In this document: in pieces, positions 27,262 to 37,994 of the stretch | Layout: each line of letters begins with the position of its first letter | Numbering within the stretch: the stretch's first letter is position 1 | DNA from: a virus | Taxonomy: Duplodnaviria > Caudoviricetes | Virus record (IMG/VR): IMGVR_UViG_2932572697_000002 | Location: 18,354 to 82,353 of that record | Length of the DNA stretch: 64,000 nt | Reading direction: 5' to 3' (one strand) | Translations under genes and position numbers: made by a program | Notes under the pieces: model-generated | Databases searched by the model: none | Told to the model about the DNA's origin: nothing | Seen by the model: only the letters and a program-made list of their open reading frames with translations

Positions 27262-28167
27262 ATGGCACGTAACACCGTTGAGGCATGGATCCCCGAGGAG
27301 TACGGCTCCGAGGTCATCCAGCGGATCACCCAGACGTCCGTCGTCGAGGCCGTCGCCAACCGGGTCCCCATGTCGTCCGACACCCGCCACGTCCCCCGCT
27401 CCGCCGGGATGGGCGTCGAGGTCGTCGACAAGGGCGGGGCCTACGGCGAGGACGTCTCCAACAACGACGACGTCCTGCTCTATGCGAAGAAGTTCGGCAA
27501 GGTGCTCCGCATCGCCGAAGAGGACGTCGACGACTCCCTCGTCAACATCCTCAACGTGAAGATGAAGGACTGGGGGATCTCCTACGCGAAGATCCTCGAC
27601 AACGCGTCCCTCGCCGTCACCGCGGCCCCGGGTACCGGTGTCCCGTTCCAGTCGCTGTACTACCTGCTCAGCCAGACCGACAACAACCTCGGCTACACCG
27701 GCAGCAGCAACATCACCGTCGCGGGCACCGGCGGCGCGACCTACGCGAACTTCTCCGACGCGATCGGCCTCGTCGAGGCGGGCGACTACTACGACCCCGG
27801 CACGATGCTCGCCATCGCGCACCCGACGTTCAAGAAGTCCCTCCGCGGCATCCTCGACGGCCAGCAGCGCCCCATCTTCATCGAGGGCCTCGCCGGAACG
27901 CCGGACACCATCTTCGGTGTGCCGATCAAGTGGTCCCTCGGTGCCCGCACCTCGCCGGTCGCCACGTCGGCCCCGACCGGTCGCCCCATCATGGCGTTCG
28001 TCTCCACCGACCTCATGCACCTCGGCATCCGGTCCGGCCCCGAGTCCGTGTTCATCGACGGCCGCGACGGCACCAGCGCCCTGACCGACGAGTCGCTCCT
28101 CAAGATGCGCGCCCGCCGCGGCTTCGTGTACGGCCACCCGGCCGGCGCCTCCATCCTCGTCGGCTGA
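27262..28167 (+). CDS. Major capsid protein (HK97 fold)
   Basis: WIPEEY.SEVI, LRGILDGQQRPIF, IFGVPI; very high GC3. Confidence 0.9.
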   Translation: MARNTVEAWIPEEYGSEVIQRITQTSVVEAVANRVPMSSDTRHVPRSAGMGVEVVDKGGAYGEDVSNNDDVLLYAKKFGKVLRIAEEDVDDSLVNILNVKMKDWGISYAKILDNASLAVTAAPGTGVPFQSLYYLLSQTDNNLGYTGSSNITVAGTGGATYANFSDAIGLVEAGDYYDPGTMLAIAHPTFKKSLRGILDGQQRPIFIEGLAGTPDTIFGVPIKWSLGARTSPVATSAPTGRPIMAFVSTDLMHLGIRSGPESVFIDGRDGTSALTDESLLKMRARRGFVYGHPAGASILVG

Positions 28168-28232
28168 CCTTCCGTGCGATCCCCGTACCGTCCTCATGGC
28201 TGGGCGGTACGGGCCACCACAGGAGGTGAGCC

Positions 28233-28655
28233 ATGGCAACCAGCAAGCCCACCACCAAGGCCGCGGCGAAGAGCCCGCAGTCCGACGAGGCGAAGGTCCG
28301 CGCCAAGGAGTTTCCGGCCGTTGCCGGTGCCCCGGAGGTCGAGGTCGACGAGCGGTCCCCGGACGGCTCCGACGGGCTCCGGCACATCAAGGAGTTCGTC
28401 GTCCCCAAGGCCACCTGGCCGTCCCGTGACGAGGACGAGGCGCACGAGGCGAACGCGGCGGCGGTCGCCAACGAGGCCATCCAGCGGGGCCTCCACCCCC
28501 GCGGTGTCGCCCGCTTCGACGGCACTGAGGAGCACCCGGACGGCCTGTCGCTGACCCTGCGCTACTCGGTACAGGTCGTGCCGTCGTCCATCGACCACAA
28601 CGCCCCGGACACCACCACGCCGCGCGACGTCCTCACCCGCGACGGCGAGGACTGA
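28233..28655 (+). CDS. Hypothetical head-associated protein
   Basis: AGGAGG RBS; position. Confidence 0.65.
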   Translation: MATSKPTTKAAAKSPQSDEAKVRAKEFPAVAGAPEVEVDERSPDGSDGLRHIKEFVVPKATWPSRDEDEAHEANAAAVANEAIQRGLHPRGVARFDGTEEHPDGLSLTLRYSVQVVPSSIDHNAPDTTTPRDVLTRDGED

Positions 28656-28656
28656 C

Positions 28657-29088
28657 ATGGGCAGTGTCTGGGCAACGCCGCAGCAGGTCGACGCCACCGG
28701 TGTGGCCGTGACCGCGCAGCTGCTTGCCCAGGCACAGGACGACATCGAAATCTTCTCCGGCCGGATCTATGCCGACACCGACCGGATCCGGGCCAGGGAC
28801 GTGCACTGGCTGGGCGCGGCGGTCGCCCGACAGGCCGCCTGGCTGACCGAGCAGTACGACGTTGCGACCCGCCTCGATGCCACCGAGACCTCCCAGGACG
28901 GTGTCAGCAACAAGCTGACGGCGGACGGGGCAGTCCTGGCGCCGATGGCGGGCAAGGCGCTGCGCCGCTGCTCCTGGATGCGGTCCCGCACCGTGCACGT
29001 CGGCGCCCCGTTCGAAGGCGGCCGGTACGTCACCAACCAGCTACTGGAGTCAGGGGACGACGGCCAGGCGTGGAGGCCGATGCCATGA
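28657..29088 (+). CDS. Head-tail adaptor (putative)
   Basis: WAT..V, AVARQAAWL; synteny. Confidence 0.65.
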   Translation: MGSVWATPQQVDATGVAVTAQLLAQAQDDIEIFSGRIYADTDRIRARDVHWLGAAVARQAAWLTEQYDVATRLDATETSQDGVSNKLTADGAVLAPMAGKALRRCSWMRSRTVHVGAPFEGGRYVTNQLLESGDDGQAWRPMP

Positions 29089-29414
29089 GAGCCATCGCCA
29101 ACACCAGGGTCACCGTCCTCACCGGCACCAGCTTCGACGGCTGGGGCGACACCGTCGACAACAACACCGTCGCCGTGTCCGGGATCCCCGCGTCACTGGT
29201 GGAGCGGTCCCGGCTGATCACCACACCGGAGCAGCCCACCCCCCGCGTCATCCGCTACACCGTCGGCCGGCTCCCGGGCCGCACCCCGGTGGGGCCGGAG
29301 GACCGGATCCGCGACGACCGCACCGGTGCCATCTACGCCATCACCGCCGTCACCCCGCCCAGTGGGGTCGGCCACCAACCTGACCTGCGACTGGACCTGA
29401 AACGCGTCACCTGA
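29085..29414 (+). CDS. Head-tail stopper (putative)
   Basis: DGWGD, DRIRD..TG.IY; synteny. Confidence 0.65.
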   Translation: MRAIANTRVTVLTGTSFDGWGDTVDNNTVAVSGIPASLVERSRLITTPEQPTPRVIRYTVGRLPGRTPVGPEDRIRDDRTGAIYAITAVTPPSGVGHQPDLRLDLKRVT

Positions 29415-29494
29415 ACCACCGGCCGTGCGGGCCACTCCCGGGGAGACCGGGATCCGCACGACCACCGAACAACCCGAGCCGGAGAGGAGCGGGC

Positions 29495-29851
29495 ATGCAG
29501 ATCGACCACGCATCCATCGAAGCGCACCTCGGCATCGCCGAGAACGAGCTCCTCGACCACCTCGGGGAGCTCATCAAGGCGGATGCCCGCGAGTTCGCAC
29601 CGAAGGACACCGGCACACTCGCCGCGTCGATCGACCACGAGGTCGACGACCAGGTGTTGCGCGTCGGCTCGAACCTGGACCGGGCGATCTGGATGGAAGA
29701 GGGCACGAAGCCGCACGTCATCCGCCCGAAGAACGCCAGGGCGCTGTTCTGGCCCGGCGCCGAACACCCTTGGGCGCTCGTCAACCACCCCGGCACCATG
29801 GCCCAGCCGTTCCTTCGTCCCGCCTTGTGGATCCGACGGGAGGCGGCGTGA
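29495..29851 (+). CDS. HK97 gp10-family tail completion protein
   Basis: APKDTGTLAASI..EEGT.PH..AQPFLRPAL. Confidence 0.85.
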   Translation: MQIDHASIEAHLGIAENELLDHLGELIKADAREFAPKDTGTLAASIDHEVDDQVLRVGSNLDRAIWMEEGTKPHVIRPKNARALFWPGAEHPWALVNHPGTMAQPFLRPALWIRREAA

Positions 29852-30336
29852 TGGCCACCATCCTCAAGCGCGCCACCACCGACCTCGTAGCCATCGCCTG
29901 GCTGAAGGATCTGGTCGGGGACATCGTCGCCACCGCCGTGCCCCGCCTGCCCGAGACGGGCATCCCCACCTGGGCTGAGACCGGGTTCGTCACGGTCCAC
30001 ACGTCCAGCGGCGGCGCCAACATGTACGTCCCCATGCGCATGCCCGTCGTTCTCGTCGACTGCTGGGCAGCCTCACCCAACAGCGTCAAGCCGCCGTGGA
30101 ACAAGGCGACCGCCCTGGCGGAGACCATCGTCGCCGGCTGCCTCGACCACCAGAGCAACCCCCGGCTCCTCACCCTCCCGGCTGGCTACCCGCACGCCCG
30201 GGTGCTGTCCGCGTACACGGTGCAGGAACCCCGCCGCCCCGTCATCCCCGGCGGCGGTGAAGCCTCGGCGGACCTTGGTTCGTGGGCGCGGATCGTGATG
30301 GCGCTGCAGCTGCACTGGGTGGAGGTCGGCTCATGA
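29851..30336 (+). CDS. Tail terminator (putative)
   Basis: PVVLVDCWA; synteny. Confidence 0.65.
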   Translation: MATILKRATTDLVAIAWLKDLVGDIVATAVPRLPETGIPTWAETGFVTVHTSSGGANMYVPMRMPVVLVDCWAASPNSVKPPWNKATALAETIVAGCLDHQSNPRLLTLPAGYPHARVLSAYTVQEPRRPVIPGGGEASADLGSWARIVMALQLHWVEVGS

Positions 30337-30563
30337 CCACCACCCGCTGGGCGATCGAAGGCCCCCGCTCCCGCGACCTCCTCACCCATGGCGGCCGGGT
30401 CATCGTCCACGGCAACCGCCACGAACTTGAGTGGATCATCACGGGCGCACGCATCGTGCAATGCCCCCGCAGCATCCCGCCCGAGCAGACCATCGGCCTG
30501 CGCTGGCTGCCCCAGTTCGAGGGCGTCACCTGGCCGCTGCGCCGCGAGGAGTGGCGCACATGA
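30333..30563 (+). CDS. Small hypothetical protein in tail module
   Basis: ATGA coupling, GGAGG RBS. Confidence 0.6.
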   Translation: MTTTRWAIEGPRSRDLLTHGGRVIVHGNRHELEWIITGARIVQCPRSIPPEQTIGLRWLPQFEGVTWPLRREEWRT

Positions 30564-30624
30564 ACTTCTCCCTCCACGCCCCCACCCAGCGGCCCATCCG
30601 GGTCACAACTCTAGGAGGACCGCC

Positions 30625-31188
30625 ATGGCGGTGGACCCCGACAACCTAATCCAGGGCCCGGCGACGCTGTACCGGGGTGCGTTCGGAGCCGCGGAGCCGG
30701 CCGACTCGGCGCTGAACTCGACGCCAGCCGCGTCCGCGTGGTCCGACGTCGGCGGTACGACGGACGGCGTGAAGCTCGCCATCGAGAACACCTACGGGGA
30801 GCTGGAGGTCGACCAGATCGTCGACCGTGTCGGCTCCCGCCTGACGAAGCGCAACACCAGCGTCGAGACGAACATGGCAGAGGTCACCCTCGGGAACCTC
30901 GCCTACGCCCTCAACGGCGGTACCACCGCGTCCGGTTCGGGCTACCAGACCTACGAGCCGAACGACTCGTCCTCAGCCACCCAGCCCGCCTACTCGGCCG
31001 TGCTGTTCGACGGGTGGGCCCCTGACCTGGCCCGCCGCCGGGTCATCGTCCGCAAGGTGCTGTCCGTCGACTCCATCGAGCTGGCGTACACGAAGGACAA
31101 GCAGACCGTCCTGAAGGTCAAGCTCCAGGCGCACTACGTCAGCCCGTCGGTAAAGACCTACAAGATCGTCGACGGCATCGTTCCGTAA
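30625..31188 (+). CDS. Major tail (tube) protein
   Basis: NLIQGPA.LY, W.DVGGTTDGV, LEVDQ. Confidence 0.85.
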   Translation: MAVDPDNLIQGPATLYRGAFGAAEPADSALNSTPAASAWSDVGGTTDGVKLAIENTYGELEVDQIVDRVGSRLTKRNTSVETNMAEVTLGNLAYALNGGTTASGSGYQTYEPNDSSSATQPAYSAVLFDGWAPDLARRRVIVRKVLSVDSIELAYTKDKQTVLKVKLQAHYVSPSVKTYKIVDGIVP

Positions 31189-31273
31189 CCCCTCAAGCGG
31201 CCGGGCCCGAAACCTGTGGAGGGAGGCGGGCCCGGCCACCTCCCTCCACCCCTCCACAGAAACGGAACAGGTC

Positions 31274-31675
31274 ATGGCCGCCAACGCTCGAACCGCCACG
31301 AAGAAGCGCACCAGCCCCAAGCCCAAGGCTGCCCCCGAGGTCGCCGAGGACTTCGAGCCGGTACGCCTCACCTCCAAGCCCGCCGACACGGCCGAACGGA
31401 TCGTCCTCTTCTACGTCGACGACCAGGAGTTCTCGATCCCCAAGCAGGTCGGCCGCAACCACGGGCTGCGCTACCTGCGCACCATGCGCAAGCAGGGCGA
31501 GGCGCTTGCCGCCCAGGAGCTCCTCGAAGTCCTCATCGGCGAGGACGGCTACACCGCGCTCATGGACTGCGACGACCTCACTGACGAACAGCTCGACCAG
31601 ATCATGAACCGGCTCCGCGACATGGCCCTCGGCGAGGTCGAGGACGAGGCGGGGGGAAAAGCCAAGGGCCGCTGA
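31274..31675 (+). CDS. Tail assembly chaperone (gpG-like)
   Basis: Between tube and TMP; ends just after GGGGGGAAAA slippery site. Confidence 0.8.
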   Translation: MAANARTATKKRTSPKPKAAPEVAEDFEPVRLTSKPADTAERIVLFYVDDQEFSIPKQVGRNHGLRYLRTMRKQGEALAAQELLEVLIGEDGYTALMDCDDLTDEQLDQIMNRLRDMALGEVEDEAGGKAKGR

Positions 31676-32103
31676 CCGCAGGGGCCTGGACCTGGTGGCA
31701 TCTGGCCGCTGCCACCCTCCCCTGGATCACCGCCCTGACCGACCAAGCCACCTCGCCCCCCTGGGCCGAAGAGTGGCGGACCCGCAGCGACCAAGTCGGC
31801 TGGGTTCTCGCCTATCAGCGGGACCTGGACGCGGACTTCCTGGCCCACTACGGCATCGACCTGGAGGAGGACGACATGACCGGACCCCGGTTCTTCGCCC
31901 TTGCCCAGCGCACCTTCGCGTACTCCGGCGTCATGGCCGCACGCGCCGCCGAACAGGAAAACGACACCAGCTCCACGCCCCGCACAGCCCCACGTACCGA
32001 GCCGACTCCCGCACCGGAACCCGCACAGGTCCAGTCCGTGGCCGCCCTCGCCGCCCGGTACCCGGAGGAGATCGAACTGGTGAGAGTGGTGGCCGATGGG
32101 TGA
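31274..32103 (+). CDS. Tail assembly chaperone gpGT via -1 frameshift at 31651-31660
   Basis: -1 frame open from slippery site through DLDADFLAHYGIDL..MTGPRFF to 32103. Confidence 0.75.
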
Positions 32104-35100
32104 GTTCAGGCTGGCCGGCGCCTACGTCGAGGCGCGCATGGACCGCACCAAGCTCAACGCGGACATTGCGAAGCTCCAGCGGGAGAAGGTCACCCTCAAA
32201 GCCCGGGTGGAACTGGACACCAGGGAAGCGGACCGGCGCATCGTCCGACTGGTCCGCGACCGCCGCGTCAAGGTCGGCGTCGATCTGGACGAGCGGGCTG
32301 TCACGGCGTCGCTGCAGCGGCTGACCCGCGACCGCGCCATGCAGGTCAAGATCGACCTGGACGACAGGGCGTTGACCCGCCTGGCCAGCCGCCGCGTCGA
32401 CATCAACGCCACGCTCAACGAGGCAGCCCTGCGGCGCACCGAACGGGCGCTCGACAAGCTGACCGCAGACCGCACGGTCCGCATCCTCGCCACGGCTGAC
32501 ACCCGGGTCGCAGCGGACGAGATCCGCAACCTCACCCGCCGCCAGAGGGTGCGCATCGGTGTCGACGTCGACACCCGGGTCGCCGCCAACGACATCGCGA
32601 ACCTCACCCGGCGACGCATGCTCCGCGTCACCGCAGACGCCGACACCGCCGCCGCCGCCAACAGCCTCCGCTTCCTCACCCGCGACCGGCGGATCAACAT
32701 CCGCACCAGCATGCTCGGCCTCGGCAACCTCGGCAGCCTCGGCTCCAGCCTCGGATCCTCCGCCTCCTCCGCCGGGATCCTCGGCAGCCGGTTCATGATG
32801 CTCGCCTCAGCCGCCCTCCTGGCCCTGCCGGCCGTGGCATCCCTGGGGCAGGCCATCGTCCAGATGGGACCCGCTGCCGCCCTTGCCGTCCCCGCACTGG
32901 GCTCGCTGATCACGATGGGTGCCGCACTGGGCGTGGGCCTGCACGGTGTCGGCACGGCGTTCAAGTCGGCGTTCGAGACCGGCGCCTCTTCGGCGACCGC
33001 AGCAGTGTCAGCCGCCCGCGCCGTGGAGTCCGCGCAGATCAACGTCGCCCGGTCCGCCCGCTCCCTCAAGGAAGCACAGGTCGACGCGGCCCGGCAGATC
33101 GCCGACGCGCAGAAGCGGGTCCAGGACGCCGTTGAGGACGTTCGCGACGCCGAAGTGCAAGCCGCCGCAGACCGGCGGGCGGCGCTGCAGCGGGTAGCCG
33201 ACGCTGAACGCGACCTCGCCGACGCCCAGGCGGACGCAACCCGAGCGCAAGAGAACCTCAACGACGCGCGTAAAACCGCCGCCGACCAACTCCAAGACCT
33301 CGCGAACCGCCTGACGTCCGCCGAACTGGACCAGCGTGACGCGGTCATGGACGTCGCCGACGCGGAGAAGGCACTCAGCACCCTGAAGGCGAAGGGTTCT
33401 GCGGCGAACGCCGAAGACCTGGCCCGCGCCCAGCTCGCCTACGACAAGGCTGTACAGCGCCTGAAGGAGCAGCGGCTCGAAACGCAGCGTCTCCAGGAGG
33501 AGAACGCCGCCGCGGCGAAGGCGGGCATTGAGGGCTCCGACGGGGTCAAGGCGGCCCACGAGCGGGTCGCCGACGCGCAGCGGAGCGTGAGCGACAAGGC
33601 CCGCAGTGTGGGGGAGGCGCAGGCGAACGCGGCGGCGGTCGCGAAGGCTGGTGCCGAGTCGGTGCGCGATGCGCAGGAGGCGCTGGCTGCCGCCCAGCAG
33701 GGTGTGGCGGACGCCCAGGTGGCCGCGTCCCGCCGAGTTCGCGGCGCCCAGGAGGCGCTGGCCGATGCGAACCGCGCCGTGGCCGCCGCGATGGCGCAGG
33801 GGTCGACAGAGGCGACGAAGTTCAACGACGCCATGTCCCAGCTGTCCCCGAACGCCCGTAGCTTCGTGAACGCCGTGAAGGGCATCGCCCCGGCCTGGTC
33901 CGCGGTCCGTGTGGACGTTCAGGACGCCCTGTTCAGGGGGCTCGGCGACACTCTGACCCGCATGTCGACTGCGGTGCTGCCTGCGGTGCAGACCGGCCTT
34001 GTCGGCATGGCCTCGGTCCTCAACGGCATGGCAACGAGTCTGATGGACACGTTTGCCACCCTTGGCAAGAGCGGCACCCTGGCGCAAATGTTCAGTGGGC
34101 TCACCGCCGGGATGCAGCCTCTGGTGCAGGTGCCGGGGCAGATCGCGCAGGCATTCGTCCAACTGTCCGTCGCCGCCTCACCGGCGTTCACGCGCATGAC
34201 GACGGCCGCAGGCGAGGCAGCAACCAGGATCTCCGACAAGCTCTCAGAAGCGTTCGCGTCGGGCCGACTGGAGACGGCGATCGAGACTGCGGTCGGTGTC
34301 GTCAAGCAGTTCGGTGCCCTGCTTGGCGACATCTTCGGGACGGTCGGGAACATCCTCAAGGCCGCCGGTGCCGGTGCCGGAGATGCCCTGGGTGGGCTCG
34401 GCGCCGTCTTCCAGGAGCTGCGCCGCATCACCGCGATGCCTGAAGTGCAGAAGATGCTCACCACGATCTTCACGGCCGTCAACGCCATCGCCAAGCTGAT
34501 TGCGACCACCCTCGGTGCCGTAATCATGGCGGTGCTGCCCCTCCTCACCGCCCTCGCACCCACCATCACCGCCCTTGCGGAAGCGCTTGGCCCGGTCCTT
34601 GCGCGACTGGCCCAGGCCCTCGGCGAAGCACTCATGCCGATCATGAAGGCGCTGCTCCCGATCGTCGATACGGTCGGCGCCGCACTGATTGACGTCGTCA
34701 CGGCGGTGATGCCGCTGTTGGCCCCGGTTGGCGCGCTCATCGCAGCCATCGTGGCGGCCATAGCCCCCGTCATCTCCGTCGTTCTCGACACCGTCGTGAC
34801 GATGGCCGGGTCCTTGTCCTCGATGCTGCTGCCGGTCATACAGTCGCTGATTCCCGTCATCACCCTGATCGGCCAACTGTTTGCCGACCTGGCCCCCGCG
34901 TTCGCTCAGATCACGCTGGCGCTGCTGCCACTGATCCCTCCGCTGGGAGTTCTGGCGGTGTCGATGTCGAAGCTCCTCGTGGAAGTCCTGACCCCGCTGA
35001 TCCCGGTCATCGTCAAGCTGGCCGGCGTCGTTGCCGGGATGCTCGCGGAGGCCATCGCCACATTCGTGACGGTCCTGACTCGGGTCATCGGGGAGATCCA

Positions 35101-36796
35101 GAAGTTCGTGGACGCGGTGACCGCCGGCGTCGAGTGGGTGGTCGAGAAGTTCGAGTGGCTCTACGACGTCCTCGTCGGCCACAGCATCATCCCTGACCTC
35201 GTCAAGGAGATCGTCCGGTGGTTCACGGACCTGTGGGCGAAGACGAAGAAGATTTTCACCGACCTGAAGGACGGGGTCGTGAAAATCTGGACCAGCTTGT
35301 GGAACGGCCTCAGGGAGAAGTGGAACAGCTTCTACGCCCAGCTCAAGTCGTCCATCGGCTCTGCGTGGACCAGCGTCAAGAACTCGGTGAGCTCACTGCG
35401 GACCAGCGTCACCAACACGTGGACCGGCCTGTGGAACAGCGCCCGGGACAAGGTGACGTCGACGTTCTCCTCGATCCGAGGCAAGATCAGCGACTTCCGC
35501 AGCAGCATGACCACCGCGTTTAGCACGCTGCGGGACGGCATCGGGAAAATCTGGAGCGGCATCCAGAGCAAGCTCGCCTCCCCCATCAAGTGGGTGGTGG
35601 GCAACGTCTACAACGATGGCGTTCGCAAGATGTGGAACACCATCGCCGGGAAGATCAACAGCAAGATCGTCCTCCCCGCGATCGGCCTCAAGTTCGCGAA
35701 GGGCGGCATCGTCCCCGGGCAGGGAACCGGCGACACCGTCCCCGCCATGCTCACCCCCAACGAACGCGTCCTGTCCCTGAACCAGGTCGCCCAGCTCGGC
35801 GGCCACCGGGCCATCGATGCCATGCTCGGCAAGGACCGCTCCGAAGGCCGCACCGGCGGCAACCCCGACAACCGCGTCGCCCAGGGCATGCAGAAATTCG
35901 ACAAGGGCGGCATCGTCGGCACCCTCTCCAGCATCGGCGGAGCCATCAGCGGCGGCATCGACTGGGCGAAAGACCTCGTCATCGGCGGCCTCAAGTCCGC
36001 CGCCCAGAAAGCCATCAGCAGCGTCGTCCGCCCCCTCATCAACCAGATACCGGGCGGCTCATCCCCCTACGGGCGCCTCACCAAGGGGGTCCCCAACAAC
36101 CTCCTCGACAAGATGCTCGGCTTCCTCGGCAACGAGGACAAGAAGGCCGTCGGCGGCCCCAGTGTGCAGCGCGGCCTTGCCTGGGCCCGCACCCAGCACG
36201 GCAAGGCCTACCAGTGGGGAGGAAACGGAAACCCGAGCTGGGACTGCTCCGGCCTGGTCTCCGCGATCGAGTCCGTCATCCGCGGCGAGTCCCCGCACCG
36301 CCGGTGGGCCACAGGTGCGTTCAGCGGCAACACGGCCCCCGGCGGCTGGGTGCGCAACCTCAGCAGCCCCTACCAGATCGGCATCACTAACGCCGGTGTC
36401 GGCCACACCGCCGGCACGATCGCCGGCGTCAACGTCGAGTCCAGAGGCGGTGACGGTGTCGTCATTGGCTCCGGAGCCCGCGGCGTCAACTCCGCCATGT
36501 GGACCGACCGGTACGGGTACGCGCCCGCCACGAAGTACGACACCGGCGGCCTTCTCCAGCCCGGCCGCACCCTCGTCGACAACCAGACTGGCAAGCCCGA
36601 AGCCGTACTCACCGCCGAGGAGCGGGCTGCGTTCGAGGACATAGTCCGCAACGGCGCCGGGATCACCATCGGGAACATCAACGTCAACGGCACTTTCGAC
36701 CTGTCCAGCCCGACCAGCCGCAAGGCTGCAGCAGAAGCCATGGTCTCGGAGATGAACGAGGCGCTCCGCAACTGGAACAGGGGCCGTCAGCGATGA
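32096..36796 (+). CDS. Tape measure protein with C-terminal NlpC/P60-like domain
   Basis: 1566 aa, Ala-rich, W-periodic repeats, FAKGG, YQWGG..WDCSGL..HT. Confidence 0.92.
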   Translation: MGEFRLAGAYVEARMDRTKLNADIAKLQREKVTLKARVELDTREADRRIVRLVRDRRVKVGVDLDERAVTASLQRLTRDRAMQVKIDLDDRALTRLASRRVDINATLNEAALRRTERALDKLTADRTVRILATADTRVAADEIRNLTRRQRVRIGVDVDTRVAANDIANLTRRRMLRVTADADTAAAANSLRFLTRDRRINIRTSMLGLGNLGSLGSSLGSSASSAGILGSRFMMLASAALLALPAVASLGQAIVQMGPAAALAVPALGSLITMGAALGVGLHGVGTAFKSAFETGASSATAAVSAARAVESAQINVARSARSLKEAQVDAARQIADAQKRVQDAVEDVRDAEVQAAADRRAALQRVADAERDLADAQADATRAQENLNDARKTAADQLQDLANRLTSAELDQRDAVMDVADAEKALSTLKAKGSAANAEDLARAQLAYDKAVQRLKEQRLETQRLQEENAAAAKAGIEGSDGVKAAHERVADAQRSVSDKARSVGEAQANAAAVAKAGAESVRDAQEALAAAQQGVADAQVAASRRVRGAQEALADANRAVAAAMAQGSTEATKFNDAMSQLSPNARSFVNAVKGIAPAWSAVRVDVQDALFRGLGDTLTRMSTAVLPAVQTGLVGMASVLNGMATSLMDTFATLGKSGTLAQMFSGLTAGMQPLVQVPGQIAQAFVQLSVAASPAFTRMTTAAGEAATRISDKLSEAFASGRLETAIETAVGVVKQFGALLGDIFGTVGNILKAAGAGAGDALGGLGAVFQELRRITAMPEVQKMLTTIFTAVNAIAKLIATTLGAVIMAVLPLLTALAPTITALAEALGPVLARLAQALGEALMPIMKALLPIVDTVGAALIDVVTAVMPLLAPVGALIAAIVAAIAPVISVVLDTVVTMAGSLSSMLLPVIQSLIPVITLIGQLFADLAPAFAQITLALLPLIPPLGVLAVSMSKLLVEVLTPLIPVIVKLAGVVAGMLAEAIATFVTVLTRVIGEIQKFVDAVTAGVEWVVEKFEWLYDVLVGHSIIPDLVKEIVRWFTDLWAKTKKIFTDLKDGVVKIWTSLWNGLREKWNSFYAQLKSSIGSAWTSVKNSVSSLRTSVTNTWTGLWNSARDKVTSTFSSIRGKISDFRSSMTTAFSTLRDGIGKIWSGIQSKLASPIKWVVGNVYNDGVRKMWNTIAGKINSKIVLPAIGLKFAKGGIVPGQGTGDTVPAMLTPNERVLSLNQVAQLGGHRAIDAMLGKDRSEGRTGGNPDNRVAQGMQKFDKGGIVGTLSSIGGAISGGIDWAKDLVIGGLKSAAQKAISSVVRPLINQIPGGSSPYGRLTKGVPNNLLDKMLGFLGNEDKKAVGGPSVQRGLAWARTQHGKAYQWGGNGNPSWDCSGLVSAIESVIRGESPHRRWATGAFSGNTAPGGWVRNLSSPYQIGITNAGVGHTAGTIAGVNVESRGGDGVVIGSGARGVNSAMWTDRYGYAPATKYDTGGLLQPGRTLVDNQTGKPEAVLTAEERAAFEDIVRNGAGITIGNINVNGTFDLSSPTSRKAAAEAMVSEMNEALRNWNRGRQR

Positions 36797-37992
36797 CCGA
36801 CTGGGGCAGCATCCGGCTCAACCGCACCCTCCTGAGGGAGACGTTCACCGCCACGGAGGCGGGCATCAACAGGGCCCTCGACCTGGACGGTCAGGAATCA
36901 ACCCCACCCCTCGACCGTGCCGTCCTGGTCGCCACCCACGACAACATCAACGCCCTCGACTCCGACAGCCCCGTCGCCGTCACCTTCACCGACAAGCCGG
37001 AGCGCAACGGCTACTACCAGGTGAAGGCCTGCGGGTCGGCGATCACGGAGGAGCGGGGCGACCGGGTCATCGCCAACTGGAGAATCGGCCTGGACCGCCT
37101 CGGCACTGCCGGGGAGGTCGACCTGCAGAGCCGCCTCACCGGGGCAGTGCGCCTCAACGATTTCGGGCTGACGGGGGAGCGCTGGCAGGCGCCGCCCATC
37201 GGGCACTACGCCTACTACACTGGCAGCTCCTCACCCACCAGCATGACCCGCACATCGTCCGACGGCCCCATCACCGTGTACCGGTCGATCCCGCCCACCG
37301 CATCCCCCCGCTGGGGGTGCGCCCCGACCGACTACCTCAAGGGCAGGGTCCGAGTCACCGACACCGCAGCCGGCCTGGAGGTCGACGGGACGCAGCGACC
37401 CGTACCGGCCAACGCGTGGGCGCTGTCCAACGGCCTCGTGAACGTCACCCCCACTGCGAGCGCCGGCGTCCTGGACGTGCAGGCGTACACCGGGGGCAGT
37501 TGGCGCAGCAAGCTGTGGAACGTCACCATCGCAGGCTCCGCAGTGGCCACCTGGGACGCAGCGACCCTGCTCCGTAACGACCTGGAGCACGTCGTGCTGC
37601 GCCTCACCGCCTCCCGCTCCCCGGGGCGGACCACCCTCGACCTGGCGCTGCGCCGTGGCGCCCGCACCGTCGAGGGCTACCTCCAATCCGGATCCAGCGC
37701 CACGCTCGCCGTCTACCTCCGCACCCTGGAGACGATCACCAGCGCCGCAGCATCCGGCTACGTCGTCGCCACCGGCAACGACGCAGACGGGAACAGAGCG
37801 GTCGCCGGCTCGGCCCGGACGTTCACGGCGCACGCCAGCGGGGGCGTGTCCAAGGCTGCCGCGACCGGCCTCGACTTCTGGCTCGGCGTGCAAGCGGGCG
37901 GCGGCTCACCCGCATCCGGTGATGCGGTCCTTGACCTGCGGAACCAGTACATCGGGGCTCTAGCCGAGGCGACCTACGCGGTGAGGAGGTAG
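36793..37992 (+). CDS. Minor tail (distal-tail-like) protein
   Basis: ATGA coupled to TMP. Confidence 0.75.
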   Translation: MTDWGSIRLNRTLLRETFTATEAGINRALDLDGQESTPPLDRAVLVATHDNINALDSDSPVAVTFTDKPERNGYYQVKACGSAITEERGDRVIANWRIGLDRLGTAGEVDLQSRLTGAVRLNDFGLTGERWQAPPIGHYAYYTGSSSPTSMTRTSSDGPITVYRSIPPTASPRWGCAPTDYLKGRVRVTDTAAGLEVDGTQRPVPANAWALSNGLVNVTPTASAGVLDVQAYTGGSWRSKLWNVTIAGSAVATWDAATLLRNDLEHVVLRLTASRSPGRTTLDLALRRGARTVEGYLQSGSSATLAVYLRTLETITSAAASGYVVATGNDADGNRAVAGSARTFTAHASGGVSKAAATGLDFWLGVQAGGGSPASGDAVLDLRNQYIGALAEATYAVRR

Positions 37993-37994
37993 TC

